DNA from: an uncultured Gammaproteobacteria bacterium
Lineage (GTDB): Bacteria > Patescibacteriota > Patescibacteriia > 2-12-FULL-57-11
Direction of reading: 5' to 3'
DNA: 64,000 nt
Assembly (NCBI GenBank): GCA_964648865.1
Contig: CAZYLV010000001.1
Span: 18,476-82,475, forward strand
Shown here: positions 12,989-22,259 of the stretch, one piece after another
How positions within the stretch are numbered: position 1 is the stretch's first letter
Layout of the letters: each line of letters begins with the position of its first letter
Notes under the pieces: model-generated
The model's database searches: none
What the model saw: only the letters and a program-made list of their open reading frames with translations
What the model was told of the DNA's origin: nothing
Position numbers and translations under genes: made by a program

Positions 12989-13121
12989 GTTGCCTCCTCC
13001 TGTGTTCCGCCATTGCGGCGGGCAAGACCATACCGCCCTGGCGCCCCCTTGTCAAAGCCCGGGCAGGGTGATACGCTCCGGTCGATGCCCCCCGCGGGGG
13101 GTTTTTTGGAAGGAACACCGT

Positions 13122-13325
13122 ATGAACGCCGCACACAACCCGGTCCTCAGCTACGTGCAGAGCTCCATCGTGGAGCTGCGGAAGGTCACCTGGCCGAGCC
13201 GCCGCGAGGTCACGACCCACACCGTCCTGGTGCTCGCCGTGACGGCGGGCGTGGCCGCGGTCTTCGCGGGCGTCGACGCCCTGCTCAACCTGGGGCTGAC
13301 CGCGCTCCTCGACGTGGTGCAGTAG
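13122..13325 (+). CDS. secE: Preprotein translocase subunit SecE.
   Basis: 67-aa protein with one TM helix, immediately upstream of nusG. Confidence 0.8.
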   Translation: MNAAHNPVLSYVQSSIVELRKVTWPSRREVTTHTVLVLAVTAGVAAVFAGVDALLNLGLTALLDVVQ

Positions 13326-13326
13326 T

Positions 13327-13872
13327 ATGCCCAAGCAAGTCATCAAGCACGGCCGGCGCTGGTACGCCATCCATACCTACTCCGGCTACGAGGAGAACGT
13401 CGCGCAGAACCTGCGCACCCGCATCGAGTCCTTGGACATGCAGGAGAAGATCTTCAACGTCCTGGTGCCCAAGGAAAAGAAGATCAAGATCAAGAACGGC
13501 AAGCGCAAGGTGGTCGAGGAGAAGATCTTCCCCGGCTACGTGCTGGTGGAGATGGTCGTCGAGGACGACTCCTGGTACGTGGTGCGCAACACGCCCAACG
13601 TGACCGGCTTCATCGGCACCGGCACCACCCCGACCCCCATCGACGAGGCCGAGATCAAGTCGCTGCAGAAGCGCATGGGCGTGGAGGAGCCGCAGTACAA
13701 GATCGACATCGGCGTCGGCGACCCGGTGCGCATCAACGACGGCCCGTTCAAGAACTTCGAGGGCAAGGTCAGCGACATCGACGAGACCCGCGGCAAGGTC
13801 AAGGTCCTGGTCTCCATGTTCGGCCGCGAGACCCCCGTCGAGCTGGACTTCTTGCAAGTCAAGAAGATCTGA
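13327..13872 (+). CDS. nusG: Transcription termination/antitermination factor NusG.
   Basis: NGN and KOW domains (WYAIHTYSGYE, GDPVRINDGPFKNFEGKV). Confidence 0.95.
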   Translation: MPKQVIKHGRRWYAIHTYSGYEENVAQNLRTRIESLDMQEKIFNVLVPKEKKIKIKNGKRKVVEEKIFPGYVLVEMVVEDDSWYVVRNTPNVTGFIGTGTTPTPIDEAEIKSLQKRMGVEEPQYKIDIGVGDPVRINDGPFKNFEGKVSDIDETRGKVKVLVSMFGRETPVELDFLQVKKI

Positions 13873-13889
13873 TGTAAGAACCTGCTGCT

Positions 13890-14318
13890 ATGGCCGCCAA
13901 GAAAGTCAAGACCCTCATCAAGCTGCAGATCCCGGGTGGGCAGGCCAACCCCGCTCCCCCGGTCGGTCCGGCGTTGGGCCAGCACGGCCTCAACATCGCC
14001 GAGTTCTGCCAGAAGTTCAACGCCGCCACCAAGGACAAGATGGGCGAGGTGACGCCGGTCGTCATCACGGTCTACGAGGACCGCAGCTACGAGTTCGTCA
14101 CCAAGACCCCGCCCGCCGCCGAGCTGCTCAAGAAGGCCGCCGGCATCCAGAAGGGCTCCGGCAAGCCGCTGACCGAGAAGGTCGGCTCCGTGACGCTGGC
14201 CCAGGTGCGTGAGATCGCCGAGAAGAAGCTTCCCGACCTCAACACCACGGACGTCGACGCCGCCGTCGAGACCATCAAGGGCACAGCCCGGCAGATGGGC
14301 CTCGAGGTCAAGGAGTGA
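13890..14318 (+). CDS. rplK: 50S ribosomal protein L11.
   Basis: Motif [14 protein letters not shown]. Confidence 0.95.
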   Translation: MAAKKVKTLIKLQIPGGQANPAPPVGPALGQHGLNIAEFCQKFNAATKDKMGEVTPVVITVYEDRSYEFVTKTPPAAELLKKAAGIQKGSGKPLTEKVGSVTLAQVREIAEKKLPDLNTTDVDAAVETIKGTARQMGLEVKE

Positions 14319-14333
14319 CCCCGCCCGAAGGAC

Positions 14334-14370
14334 GAAACCCGGTCATCCGACCGGGTTTCGTGTTATACTT
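14334..14370 (+). terminator. Rho-independent terminator after rplK.
   Basis: GAAACCCGGTC-atcc-GACCGGGTTTC followed by a U-rich tail. Confidence 0.5.
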
Positions 14371-14411
14371 TCCGGCGACCATCGTAATTCATCGCGTAGC
14401 CATCGGCTGAT

Positions 14412-15311
14412 ATGGCGAAAAAGAAGAAAGCAATGACCACGGCACCCGCAGCCCCCGCCCCGGCATCCAAGGGGCCGGACGGCAACGCCACCACCTACCT
14501 CATCGCCCTCGGCATCCTGCTGGCGCTCTTCGCCGGCACCGTCGTGCTGCTGCTCTCCACCCCCAAGGGCAAGGAGCTGCTCGGCCGCGCGCCTGCCCCG
14601 AGCGGCGTCGAGGGGCCGGCGGCAAACGCGCCGGCCATGGCCAACGGAAACGCCAACGTCCCGCCACCCGGGCCGGCGCTGAACGAGATGGGCTTGCCGG
14701 AAGGCGGGCGCGTCGAGCTCGTGGACACCTTGGACGCGGACGGCGTGATGGTCGTGGACCAGAAGGTGGTCTGGCGCTCCGAGAGCGGCGACATCACGCT
14801 CGTGGAGCATGCCTCGGACCTGTTGCCCGCGCTCAAGGAGGGCAGCAGCGCGCTCGGCATCGTCGGACGGCCGAGCGGCTCCACGCGCGTCATCTTCGCC
14901 TTCGGCTGCGCCGGCGGCTGCGATGCGCCCGGCCTGTACCGCCCTATGGCCTTCGATCCGGCGCTGCGCGCCTTCATCCCGCTCATCAACGCCCCGGACC
15001 ACTACATCGGCGCCGGCCAGCTCTCCCCCAACGAGCGGCGCATGTGGTTCACCGGTCCCAGCGACGACATCGAGCAGCGCGAGCTCTGGGTCTATGACTT
15101 CGTGAACGACAAGCAGACCCTGGCGATCCGCCTGCCGAACAGCGAGACGCTCACGGCCTACGAACCGGAGATCGGCCCCAAGGCGGTGACCATCCGCTGG
15201 GTCGACCCGACCCAGCTCGAGTACAAGGTCTACCGCGCCTCCGCCGCCGTCCCCAGCTACGAGCGGCCGCGGACGGAGATCGCCACCCGGACCGCCTCGG
15301 TCCCGCAATAA
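14412..15311 (+). CDS. Hypothetical membrane-anchored protein (299 aa) inserted between rplK and rplA.
   Basis: N-terminal TM helix (LIALGILLALFAGTVVLLL) and extracytoplasmic domain. Flanked by terminators. Confidence 0.6.
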   Translation: MAKKKKAMTTAPAAPAPASKGPDGNATTYLIALGILLALFAGTVVLLLSTPKGKELLGRAPAPSGVEGPAANAPAMANGNANVPPPGPALNEMGLPEGGRVELVDTLDADGVMVVDQKVVWRSESGDITLVEHASDLLPALKEGSSALGIVGRPSGSTRVIFAFGCAGGCDAPGLYRPMAFDPALRAFIPLINAPDHYIGAGQLSPNERRMWFTGPSDDIEQRELWVYDFVNDKQTLAIRLPNSETLTAYEPEIGPKAVTIRWVDPTQLEYKVYRASAAVPSYERPRTEIATRTASVPQ

Positions 15312-15329
15312 CCGATCACGATGTCCTGT

Positions 15330-15362
15330 AGGGGCGGGTTTCAAACCCGCCCCTACTTGATT
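15330..15362 (+). terminator. Rho-independent terminator (perfect palindrome AGGGGCGGGTTTcaAACCCGCCCCT).
   Basis: Seen in the sequence, then acttgattgttt. Confidence 0.55.
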
Positions 15363-15444
15363 GTTTCACGGGCATCGTGTAGGGTCCCGCCATATTCCCG
15401 TGGGAGGACCATCCGGTCCGCCAACACCACGTAACGGAAACCCT

Positions 15445-16128
15445 ATGCGCAGCAAGCGCTACCAGGAGGCCAAGAAGCTCGTCGACAGCAAGAAGACCTA
15501 CGTCCTCGAGGAGGCCGTGACCCTGGCCAAGAAGACGGCCACCGCCAAGTTCGACGCCACCATCGAGCTGCACGTGCGCCTCGGCATCGACCCCAAGAAG
15601 GGCGAGCAGCAGGTGCGCGGCACGCTCTCGCTGCCGCACGGCACGGGCGGCGCGGCCAAGAAGGTCATCGCCTTCGTCTCCGGCGACAAGGAGAAGGACG
15701 CCAAAGACGCCGGTGCCGACATCATCGGCGGCGAGGAGCTCATCGAGGAGCTGGCCAAGACCGGCAAGATCGATTTCGACATCGCCGTGGCCACGCCCGA
15801 CATGATGCCCAAGCTCGCCAAGGTGGCGAAGGTCCTCGGCCCCAAGGGCCTCATGCCGAACCCCAAGACCGAGACGGTCGGCGCGGACGTCAAGAAGATG
15901 GTCGGCGAGCTCAAGAAGGGCAAGATCGCCTTCAAGACCGACGACGGCGGCAACGTCCACATGCCCGTCGGCAAGGCCTCCTTCACCGAGGGCCAGCTGC
16001 TCGAGAACGCCACGGCCGCGCTCGAGGCCCTGAAGCGCCTCAAGCCTGCCTCCTCCAAGGGCGTCTACCTGGAACAGATCGTGCTCGCGGCCACCATGGG
16101 CCCGGGCGTCAAGACCACCTACGCCTGA
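15445..16128 (+). CDS. rplA: 50S ribosomal protein L1.
   Basis: MRSKRYQEAKK... is L1-like. An roughly 80-nt leader precedes it. Confidence 0.9.
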   Translation: MRSKRYQEAKKLVDSKKTYVLEEAVTLAKKTATAKFDATIELHVRLGIDPKKGEQQVRGTLSLPHGTGGAAKKVIAFVSGDKEKDAKDAGADIIGGEELIEELAKTGKIDFDIAVATPDMMPKLAKVAKVLGPKGLMPNPKTETVGADVKKMVGELKKGKIAFKTDDGGNVHMPVGKASFTEGQLLENATAALEALKRLKPASSKGVYLEQIVLAATMGPGVKTTYA

Positions 16129-16137
16129 GCCACGGGA

Positions 16138-16164
16138 CCGGCTGGACCCTCCAGCCGGTTTTTT
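16138..16164 (+). terminator. Rho-independent terminator after rplA.
   Basis: CCGGCTGG-accct-CCAGCCGG followed by TTTTTT. Confidence 0.6.
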
Positions 16165-16191
16165 GGTACGGTTCCCCTCCTGACCCGGCCT

Positions 16192-16671
16192 ATGCCTCCG
16201 CTCGCCCGCCCCTCCTGGGACCAGTACTTCATGAGCATCGCCCACGAGGTGTCGCGCCGCAGCAACTGCTCGGCCCGCCAGGTGGCGGCCATCGTGGTGC
16301 GCGACAAGCGCATCATCTCCACAGGCTACAACGGCACCCCACGCAACACCAAGAATTGCTTCGAGGGCGGCTGTCCGCGCTGCGCGGCGCGGACCGAAGC
16401 CACGGCCGGGACGCGGCTCGAGGAGTGCACCTGCTCGCACGGCGAGGAGAACGCCATCGTCCAGGCGGCCTACCACGGCATCTCGCTCAAGGAGTCGACG
16501 CTCTACTCCACCTACTCGCCGTGCCTGCTCTGCGCCAAGATGATCATCAACGCGGGAATCAAGGAGGTCGTCTACGCCGCGGACTACCCGCTCGCCGCGA
16601 TGGCCACCTCCCTCATGCGTGAGGCCGGCGTCATGCTCCGGCAGCACGCACCGACCCCCCTGACCTCCTGA
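16192..16671 (+). CDS. dCMP deaminase (ComEB/cytidine-deoxycytidylate deaminase family).
   Basis: Zinc-binding motifs HGEENAI and SPCLLCAKMI. Confidence 0.8.
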   Translation: MPPLARPSWDQYFMSIAHEVSRRSNCSARQVAAIVVRDKRIISTGYNGTPRNTKNCFEGGCPRCAARTEATAGTRLEECTCSHGEENAIVQAAYHGISLKESTLYSTYSPCLLCAKMIINAGIKEVVYAADYPLAAMATSLMREAGVMLRQHAPTPLTS

Positions 16672-16672
16672 C

Positions 16673-17251
16673 ATGCCCACGCTCATCCTCGGACTCGTCG
16701 GCGAGAAGGCCGGCGGCAAAGGCACCATCGCCGCGCACCTCAAGGAGAAGCACGGCGCGCCCAGCTACTCCTTCGGCGGCATCCTCAAGGACATCCTGGT
16801 GCGCCTGCACCTGCCGCTGTCGCGGGAGAACTTCATCAAGATGTCGGTCAACCTGCGCGCCACCTTCGGCGAGCCGCTCTTCGCGCACGTCATGGCCGAG
16901 GACGTGACCAAGGAAGCGGCGCCGCTCGTGGTCGTCGACGGCATCCGTCGCCCGGCGGACATCGAGGAGCTCCGCAAGCTCCCGGGTTTCCATCTCCTCT
17001 ATGTCACGGCGGACGCCAAGGTCCGCTGGGAGCGCTCCGTGAAGCGCGGCGAGAAGGCCGGGGAATCCGAGACGACCTTCGAGCAGTTCATGGCCGAGGA
17101 GCTGGCGCCGACCGAGACCTCCATCGCCGACGTGGCGCGGGAAGCGGAGATCACCATCGACAACAACGGCACCTTCGACGCGCTGCACGAACAGGTGGAG
17201 CGCGCGGTGGCCACCTTCGGCTATGCAGGTCCGGATCTCGCGCATCGATAA
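16673..17251 (+). CDS. P-loop nucleotide kinase, likely a dNMP or dephospho-CoA kinase-like enzyme.
   Basis: Walker A motif GEKAGGKGT. Sits between dCMP deaminase and dut. Confidence 0.55.
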   Translation: MPTLILGLVGEKAGGKGTIAAHLKEKHGAPSYSFGGILKDILVRLHLPLSRENFIKMSVNLRATFGEPLFAHVMAEDVTKEAAPLVVVDGIRRPADIEELRKLPGFHLLYVTADAKVRWERSVKRGEKAGESETTFEQFMAEELAPTETSIADVAREAEITIDNNGTFDALHEQVERAVATFGYAGPDLAHR

Positions 17252-17657
17252 GGCGCTGCCGCTCCCCCGCTACGAGACGGACGGCGCCGTCGCCTTCGAC
17301 CTCATCACCCGCGAGACGACCGTCGTGCCGGCGCACGCCTTCGCGCTGGTGCCGGTCAACGTCGTGGTCATGATCCCCGACGGCCACGCCCTGCTGCTGA
17401 CCACGCGCTCGTCCACGCCGCGGAAGAAAGGCCTCATCCTGCCGATGGGCGTCATCGACCAGGACTACTGCGGGCCGGAGGACGAGCTCAAACTCCAGGT
17501 CATCAACTTCACGGGAGAGCCGAGCACCGTGGAGCGCGGCGAGCGCATCGGCCAGGCGATCTTCGTCGCCATCGGCAAGGCGCGCTGGGAGGAGGTCGAG
17601 CGCATGGAGGGCCCGAACCGCGGCGGCTTCGGCACCACGGGCGGCTATGTCGGGTAA
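17223..17657 (+). CDS. dut: dUTP diphosphatase.
   Basis: dUTPase motifs GVIDQDY and RGGFGTTG. Confidence 0.85.
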   Translation: MQVRISRIDKALPLPRYETDGAVAFDLITRETTVVPAHAFALVPVNVVVMIPDGHALLLTTRSSTPRKKGLILPMGVIDQDYCGPEDELKLQVINFTGEPSTVERGERIGQAIFVAIGKARWEEVERMEGPNRGGFGTTGGYVG

Positions 17658-18369
17658 GGGATTCCACGTGATCGTCGACGGCATCGACGGCTCCGGCAAG
17701 AGCACCGTCGTCACGGCCATCCGCGAGGCGCTCGCTGCGGAGGGCAAGCGGGTCCTCGACGTGCCCGCGACCTGGAAGGGACGCGGCGACTACCCCACGC
17801 CGGAGGAGATCGCCGCGGCCGACGTCGTCGTGACTGCGGAGCCGTCCACCGTCTGGGTGGGTGCGGCCATCCGGGGCGAGCTCATCCGCGCGGGCGCCGC
17901 CTACGGGGACCGTTCGATCGCCCAGGCCTTCGCGCTGGACCGCGAGATCCACTACCGCCGGGTGGTCATCCCGGCCCGGGAGGCAGGGAAGGTCATCCTC
18001 CAGGACCGCGGCGTCTCCTCCTCGCTCGCCTACCAATCGCTCCGGACCGGGCTCACGATCGAGGAACTCTCGGCGCTGCCCGGCAACGCCCTGGCGCTCG
18101 CGCATTCCCCGGACGCGCTCGTCTTTGCTACACTGTCCGTGGAGACCGCGCTCGCGCGGCTCGAGGCGCGGTCCGAGAAGAAGGACCACTCACGGTACGA
18201 GAAGCGCGCCGACCTCGAGGGGTTGGCCGAGCGCTACGCCGCGCCGTGGTTCCGGACGCTGTTCACCGACCGGGGCACGACGGTGCTCGGACTCTCCACG
18301 GAAGAGGACCGCACCGCCGTGGCCGCAGCCGCCGTCGCACTGTTCCGTTCCCTTCTTTCCCACGATTAA
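17647..18369 (+). CDS. tmk: Thymidylate (dTMP) kinase.
   Basis: P-loop DGIDGSGKST and DRGVSSSLAYQ. Confidence 0.8.
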   Translation: MSGKGFHVIVDGIDGSGKSTVVTAIREALAAEGKRVLDVPATWKGRGDYPTPEEIAAADVVVTAEPSTVWVGAAIRGELIRAGAAYGDRSIAQAFALDREIHYRRVVIPAREAGKVILQDRGVSSSLAYQSLRTGLTIEELSALPGNALALAHSPDALVFATLSVETALARLEARSEKKDHSRYEKRADLEGLAERYAAPWFRTLFTDRGTTVLGLSTEEDRTAVAAAAVALFRSLLSHD

Positions 18370-18471
18370 CGAGCGAACCGTCGTCCGCGCAGCGCGCGAG
18401 GACTGTCTGAGGAGCGCACCGTCCCTTGTGGCCGAGGCGCGACGAGTTCCGCAGCGCGCGGAGCGGACACG

Positions 18472-19248
18472 GTGAGCGACACCCGTATGGCCTTGCTCGG
18501 CGCCGCAGACATCATCGACCGCTCCTGGGAAGTCGTCCGCCGCAACGTGGGTCCTGTCCTGGCGCTGGTGGGCGTCTTCCTCGTGCCCTCGCTCGCGGCG
18601 AGCGCCGGCTTCGCCGTGCTCCAGTCCCGCGGACTGGAGGGCACGCAGCTGGTATCGGCCGGCGCGGCCATCTTCCTGCCCGTGGCCCTGCTCTCCCTCC
18701 TCGAGACGGTGGCCTTGGTACGGGTCGTCGCCGGCGGCATCACCGGCGCGCCCATCCCGACGCTCGGCACGCTGCTCCGAGAGGCGCTGCCCCTCGTCCC
18801 GGCGACGTTCTTCGCTTCGCTGGCGCTCTCCCTGCTCATGGCCGCGGGCTTCATCCTGCTCGTCGTCCCGGCGGTCGTCTTCGCGGTCTGGTTCGCCTTC
18901 GTGCTCCAGGCCATCGCCCTGGACGGCACCGGCTGGATGGCGGCCTTCTCCCGCAGCAAGGCGCTCTCGGCGGGCCGCTTCTTCCCGGTGCTTTGGCGGC
19001 TGGCCGCGCCCTATGTCTTCTGGCTGCTGGTGAGCTGGGTGCTCTCGGCGGCCCTCGTCTTCCTGCTCAACGGCGCGGCCGGCAGCTTCACCATCCGCCT
19101 GGCCGAGGACGCGCCGCTGTGGCTCTCGCTCTCCGCCGAGCTCGTCACGGACACGATCGGCGCGCTGGTGGCCCCCTTCTTCATCGCCACCTCGACGGCG
19201 CTCTACCTCAACCTCAAGGCCGAGATGCCTGGTGAGCGCCCCGCCTGA
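18472..19248 (+). CDS. Hypothetical polytopic membrane protein.
   Basis: GTG start at 18472 (alternative ATG at 18487). Multiple TM helices. Confidence 0.5.
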   Translation: MSDTRMALLGAADIIDRSWEVVRRNVGPVLALVGVFLVPSLAASAGFAVLQSRGLEGTQLVSAGAAIFLPVALLSLLETVALVRVVAGGITGAPIPTLGTLLREALPLVPATFFASLALSLLMAAGFILLVVPAVVFAVWFAFVLQAIALDGTGWMAAFSRSKALSAGRFFPVLWRLAAPYVFWLLVSWVLSAALVFLLNGAAGSFTIRLAEDAPLWLSLSAELVTDTIGALVAPFFIATSTALYLNLKAEMPGERPA

Positions 19249-19249
19249 T

Positions 19250-20800
19250 ATGCGCTACGAGCCCGTCATCGGGCTGGAGGTGCACGTCCAGCTCGCCACC
19301 AAGACCAAGATGTTCTGCGGCTGCGGCATCGCCGCGGAGGACGCCGCGCCCAATACGAGCGTCTGCCCGGTGTGCATGGGCCATCCCGGGACGCTGCCCG
19401 TGGCCAACGCCGAGGCCGTGCGCCTCGGCGTCCGCGCCGGTCTGGCCTTGGGCTGCACCATCCCGGCCCAGGCCAAGTTCGACCGCAAGCACTATTTCTA
19501 CCCGGACCTGCCCAAGGGCTATCAGATCTCCCAATACGACGAGCCGATCTGCCGCGACGGCGCGCTGGCGGTGGAAGTCCCGGGCGAGGGCGGGATGCGC
19601 GAGGTGCGCGTGTCCATCGAGCGCGCCCATCTCGAGGAGGACGCCGCCAAGAACGTGCACGCCGGCGACCGTCTCGGCGTGGCCGCGGAAGGCGCCACGC
19701 TCGTGGACTACAACCGCGCCGGCACGCCGCTGCTCGAGATCGTCAGCGGGCCGGACATGCGGTCGGCCGCCGAAGCCAAGGCCTACCTCCAGGAGATGCG
19801 CGCCCTGATGCGCGCGCTCGGCGTCTCGGACGCCGACATGGAGCGCGGCCACATGCGCTGCGACGCCAACATCTCCCTGCGGCGCTACGAGGACGACGGC
19901 AGCGCCATCGACCTCACGCTGAACCCCAAGACCGAGATCAAGAACCTCAACTCCTTCCGCGCCGTGGAACGTGCCCTGGAGCACGAGATCCGCAGGCAGA
20001 AGGCCCTTTTCGAAGCCGGCACCCCGCCGGGCGCGCGCGAGACGCGCGGCTGGAACGACGCCACCGGCGAGACCGAGCCGCAACGCGCCAAGGAAGGCGA
20101 GGCCGACTACCGCTACTTCCCGGAGCCGGACCTCCCGCCGCTGCTGCTCGCCGACGTGGCGGCGCGCGAGCGCGGCCGCCTGCCGGAGCTGCCCGCGGCC
20201 AGGCGTCGCCGCTTCGCCGCGGAGTACGGCTTCTCCGGCGCCGACGTCCGGCAGATCGTGGCCGATCCCGACCTGGCGGAGTACGTGGAGCGCGTCGTCT
20301 CCGAACTCAAGAGCTGGCTGGCCTCGCTGCCGGAGGCCGACGGCACGGCGGACGAGCTCTGGGAACGCGACAAGGGGAAACTCGCCAGGCTGGTCTCCGG
20401 CTGGCTGCTGTCCAAGCTCGCCGGACTCATGGCGGAGAAGGGCGTCGGCTGGGCGGCGCTCCCGGTGGACGCCGAGAACATGGCCGAGTTCCTCTCCCTC
20501 GTCTGGACCCAGCAGGTGAACTCGACCGGCGCGCAGGCCATCCTCGCCGAGATGCTGGCGACCGGGAAGGATCCCAGCCACATCATGGAGGACCGCGGGC
20601 TCGGGCAGATCTCGGAGCCCGAGGAGCTGCGCCCGACGGTGCGCGACGTGCTCGCCAAGAATCCGGACCTCGCGGCGCAGGTACGCTCCGGCAAGACGCA
20701 GGTCGTGAAGATGCTCCTCGGCATGGTCATGAAGGCCACCGAGGGCCGCGCCCATCCCAAGACGACGGAGGCGCTGCTGCGGGAGGAGCTCGAGACATGA
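19250..20800 (+). CDS. gatB: Asp-tRNA(Asn)/Glu-tRNA(Gln) amidotransferase subunit B.
   Basis: MRYEPVIGLEVHVQL...CPVCMGHPGTLP. ATG 2 nt after the upstream stop (alternative GTG at 19232). Confidence 0.9.
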   Translation: MRYEPVIGLEVHVQLATKTKMFCGCGIAAEDAAPNTSVCPVCMGHPGTLPVANAEAVRLGVRAGLALGCTIPAQAKFDRKHYFYPDLPKGYQISQYDEPICRDGALAVEVPGEGGMREVRVSIERAHLEEDAAKNVHAGDRLGVAAEGATLVDYNRAGTPLLEIVSGPDMRSAAEAKAYLQEMRALMRALGVSDADMERGHMRCDANISLRRYEDDGSAIDLTLNPKTEIKNLNSFRAVERALEHEIRRQKALFEAGTPPGARETRGWNDATGETEPQRAKEGEADYRYFPEPDLPPLLLADVAARERGRLPELPAARRRRFAAEYGFSGADVRQIVADPDLAEYVERVVSELKSWLASLPEADGTADELWERDKGKLARLVSGWLLSKLAGLMAEKGVGWAALPVDAENMAEFLSLVWTQQVNSTGAQAILAEMLATGKDPSHIMEDRGLGQISEPEELRPTVRDVLAKNPDLAAQVRSGKTQVVKMLLGMVMKATEGRAHPKTTEALLREELET

Positions 20801-20853
20801 AAAAAAGGACCCTCTTGGGATCCCACGCGGGCGGCGCCTCCGGGCGCCGTCTT

Positions 20854-21243
20854 TCAGTTCTTGGTCAAGCCGACGATGCGCTGACGGAGCTTCTCCGGAC
20901 GCATCTCGTGCGTGACCAGGATGGCCGTCACCGCCAATCCCCGACCACGGGCCTCGTTGACCGACCGGGCCACGCGCTGGTCATAGGTGCAGACGAAGCG
21001 GCGCGCGCGGCGATCGCTCCCGGTCACCGAGAAGACCGACGAGACCTTGGGTTCGTGCGGCGACGGGCCGTCGTGCTCCCAGCCGGAGATGGCCTCCTGC
21101 ATCTCCAGGAGCTCGAGCTGCCGGATGATCCGGCAGTCGAGCTCGTGCATCCGCAGCCGCTCGCGGCCCGCACGGCGGTCCTCGATGCCGCTGTCGCGGC
21201 GACGCCTGTCCGACCGCTCCTCGCTTCTCGCGTGTCGTGCCAT
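20854..21243 (-). CDS. Hypothetical Arg-rich protein (129 aa).
   Basis: ORF with a GGAGGAG SD before the ATG at 21243. Confidence 0.4.
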   Translation of the reverse strand: MARHARSEERSDRRRRDSGIEDRRAGRERLRMHELDCRIIRQLELLEMQEAISGWEHDGPSPHEPKVSSVFSVTGSDRRARRFVCTYDQRVARSVNEARGRGLAVTAILVTHEMRPEKLRQRIVGLTKN

Positions 21244-21297
21244 CGCTCCTCCATCGTTGGGCGACCCGACGGAAGGTACGCGAGCGGCGCGGCGCCG

Positions 21298-22203
21298 TCA
21301 AGCGCCCAGGAACGTCCGGACCAGCGGCAGGGCCTCGTCCGGATCGCGGAGCCAAAGGATGCGCGTGTCCTTGCGGAACCAGGTGAGCTGACGGCGGGCG
21401 TAGGCATGGCTGTCCCACTTGATGCGCTGCACGGCCTCGGCTTCGGTAAGCGCGCCATCGAGATGGGCGATGATCTCGCGGTAGCCGATCCCGGAAAGCG
21501 CCGGCGGGCCCGTGCCGTAGCGTCCCACGAGGCGGCGCACTTCGGCGAAGAGCCCGCGGGCCACCTGCTCGTCGACACGGACGTCGATGCGCCGGTAGAG
21601 CTCCTCGCGCGGCAGGTCGATGCCCAGCTGCAGCGTCCGGAGACGCGGCCATGCCTTCCCCTCCCCGGCGGGCGCGGCGCGGGCCACCTCGAGCGCCCGG
21701 ATGAGCCGGCGCTTGTTGCGCCGATCGATGGTCTCGGCGCGCTCCGGGTCCAGGTCACGCAGCTCCCAGAGGAGCTCCGCCGCGGTCTTGCGCTCCAACC
21801 GTCGCCGCAGTGCCGCGTCCGGGGGCACGCGCGGGATCTCCAGCGCATCCACCACGGCACGGATATAGAGCCCGGTCCCGCCGACCAGGATCGGTACCCT
21901 CCCCCGCTCCCGGATGGCGGCGATGGCCGCGAAGGCCCGCTCCTGCCAATCGGCCACGGTGAAGGACGCATCCGGATCGATGATGTCGATGAGATGCTGC
22001 GGCACCCCGAGCACGGTGGGCACGCCGCCCGGTCCGGGCAACGGATCGCGCTCCTTGCCGGTGCCGATGTCCATGCCCCGATAGACCTGTCGGGAATCGG
22101 CGCTCACCAGCTCGCCGCCGAACGCCAAAGCCAGCCGCACGGCGAGCGCGGTCTTCCCGGAGGCGGTGGGGCCGACGACGGCCACGAGCTTCCCTGCGTC
22201 CAT
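21298..22203 (-). CDS. miaA: tRNA dimethylallyltransferase.
   Basis: P-loop GPTASGKT and MiaA motifs (DSRQVYRGMDIGT). Confidence 0.9.
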   Translation of the reverse strand: MDAGKLVAVVGPTASGKTALAVRLALAFGGELVSADSRQVYRGMDIGTGKERDPLPGPGGVPTVLGVPQHLIDIIDPDASFTVADWQERAFAAIAAIRERGRVPILVGGTGLYIRAVVDALEIPRVPPDAALRRRLERKTAAELLWELRDLDPERAETIDRRNKRRLIRALEVARAAPAGEGKAWPRLRTLQLGIDLPREELYRRIDVRVDEQVARGLFAEVRRLVGRYGTGPPALSGIGYREIIAHLDGALTEAEAVQRIKWDSHAYARRQLTWFRKDTRILWLRDPDEALPLVRTFLGA

Positions 22204-22259
22204 GGCTCCTCTATACCCGAAACGGCCCGTTGGCTACAATGGGCGCAACCACTTCCCCT

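Noticed and set aside
15363-15444. Calling the rplA upstream region an L1 leader feature.
   Set aside because: Position and length fit, but I could not verify the conserved L1-binding structure by eye. It is left as a remark within a finding.
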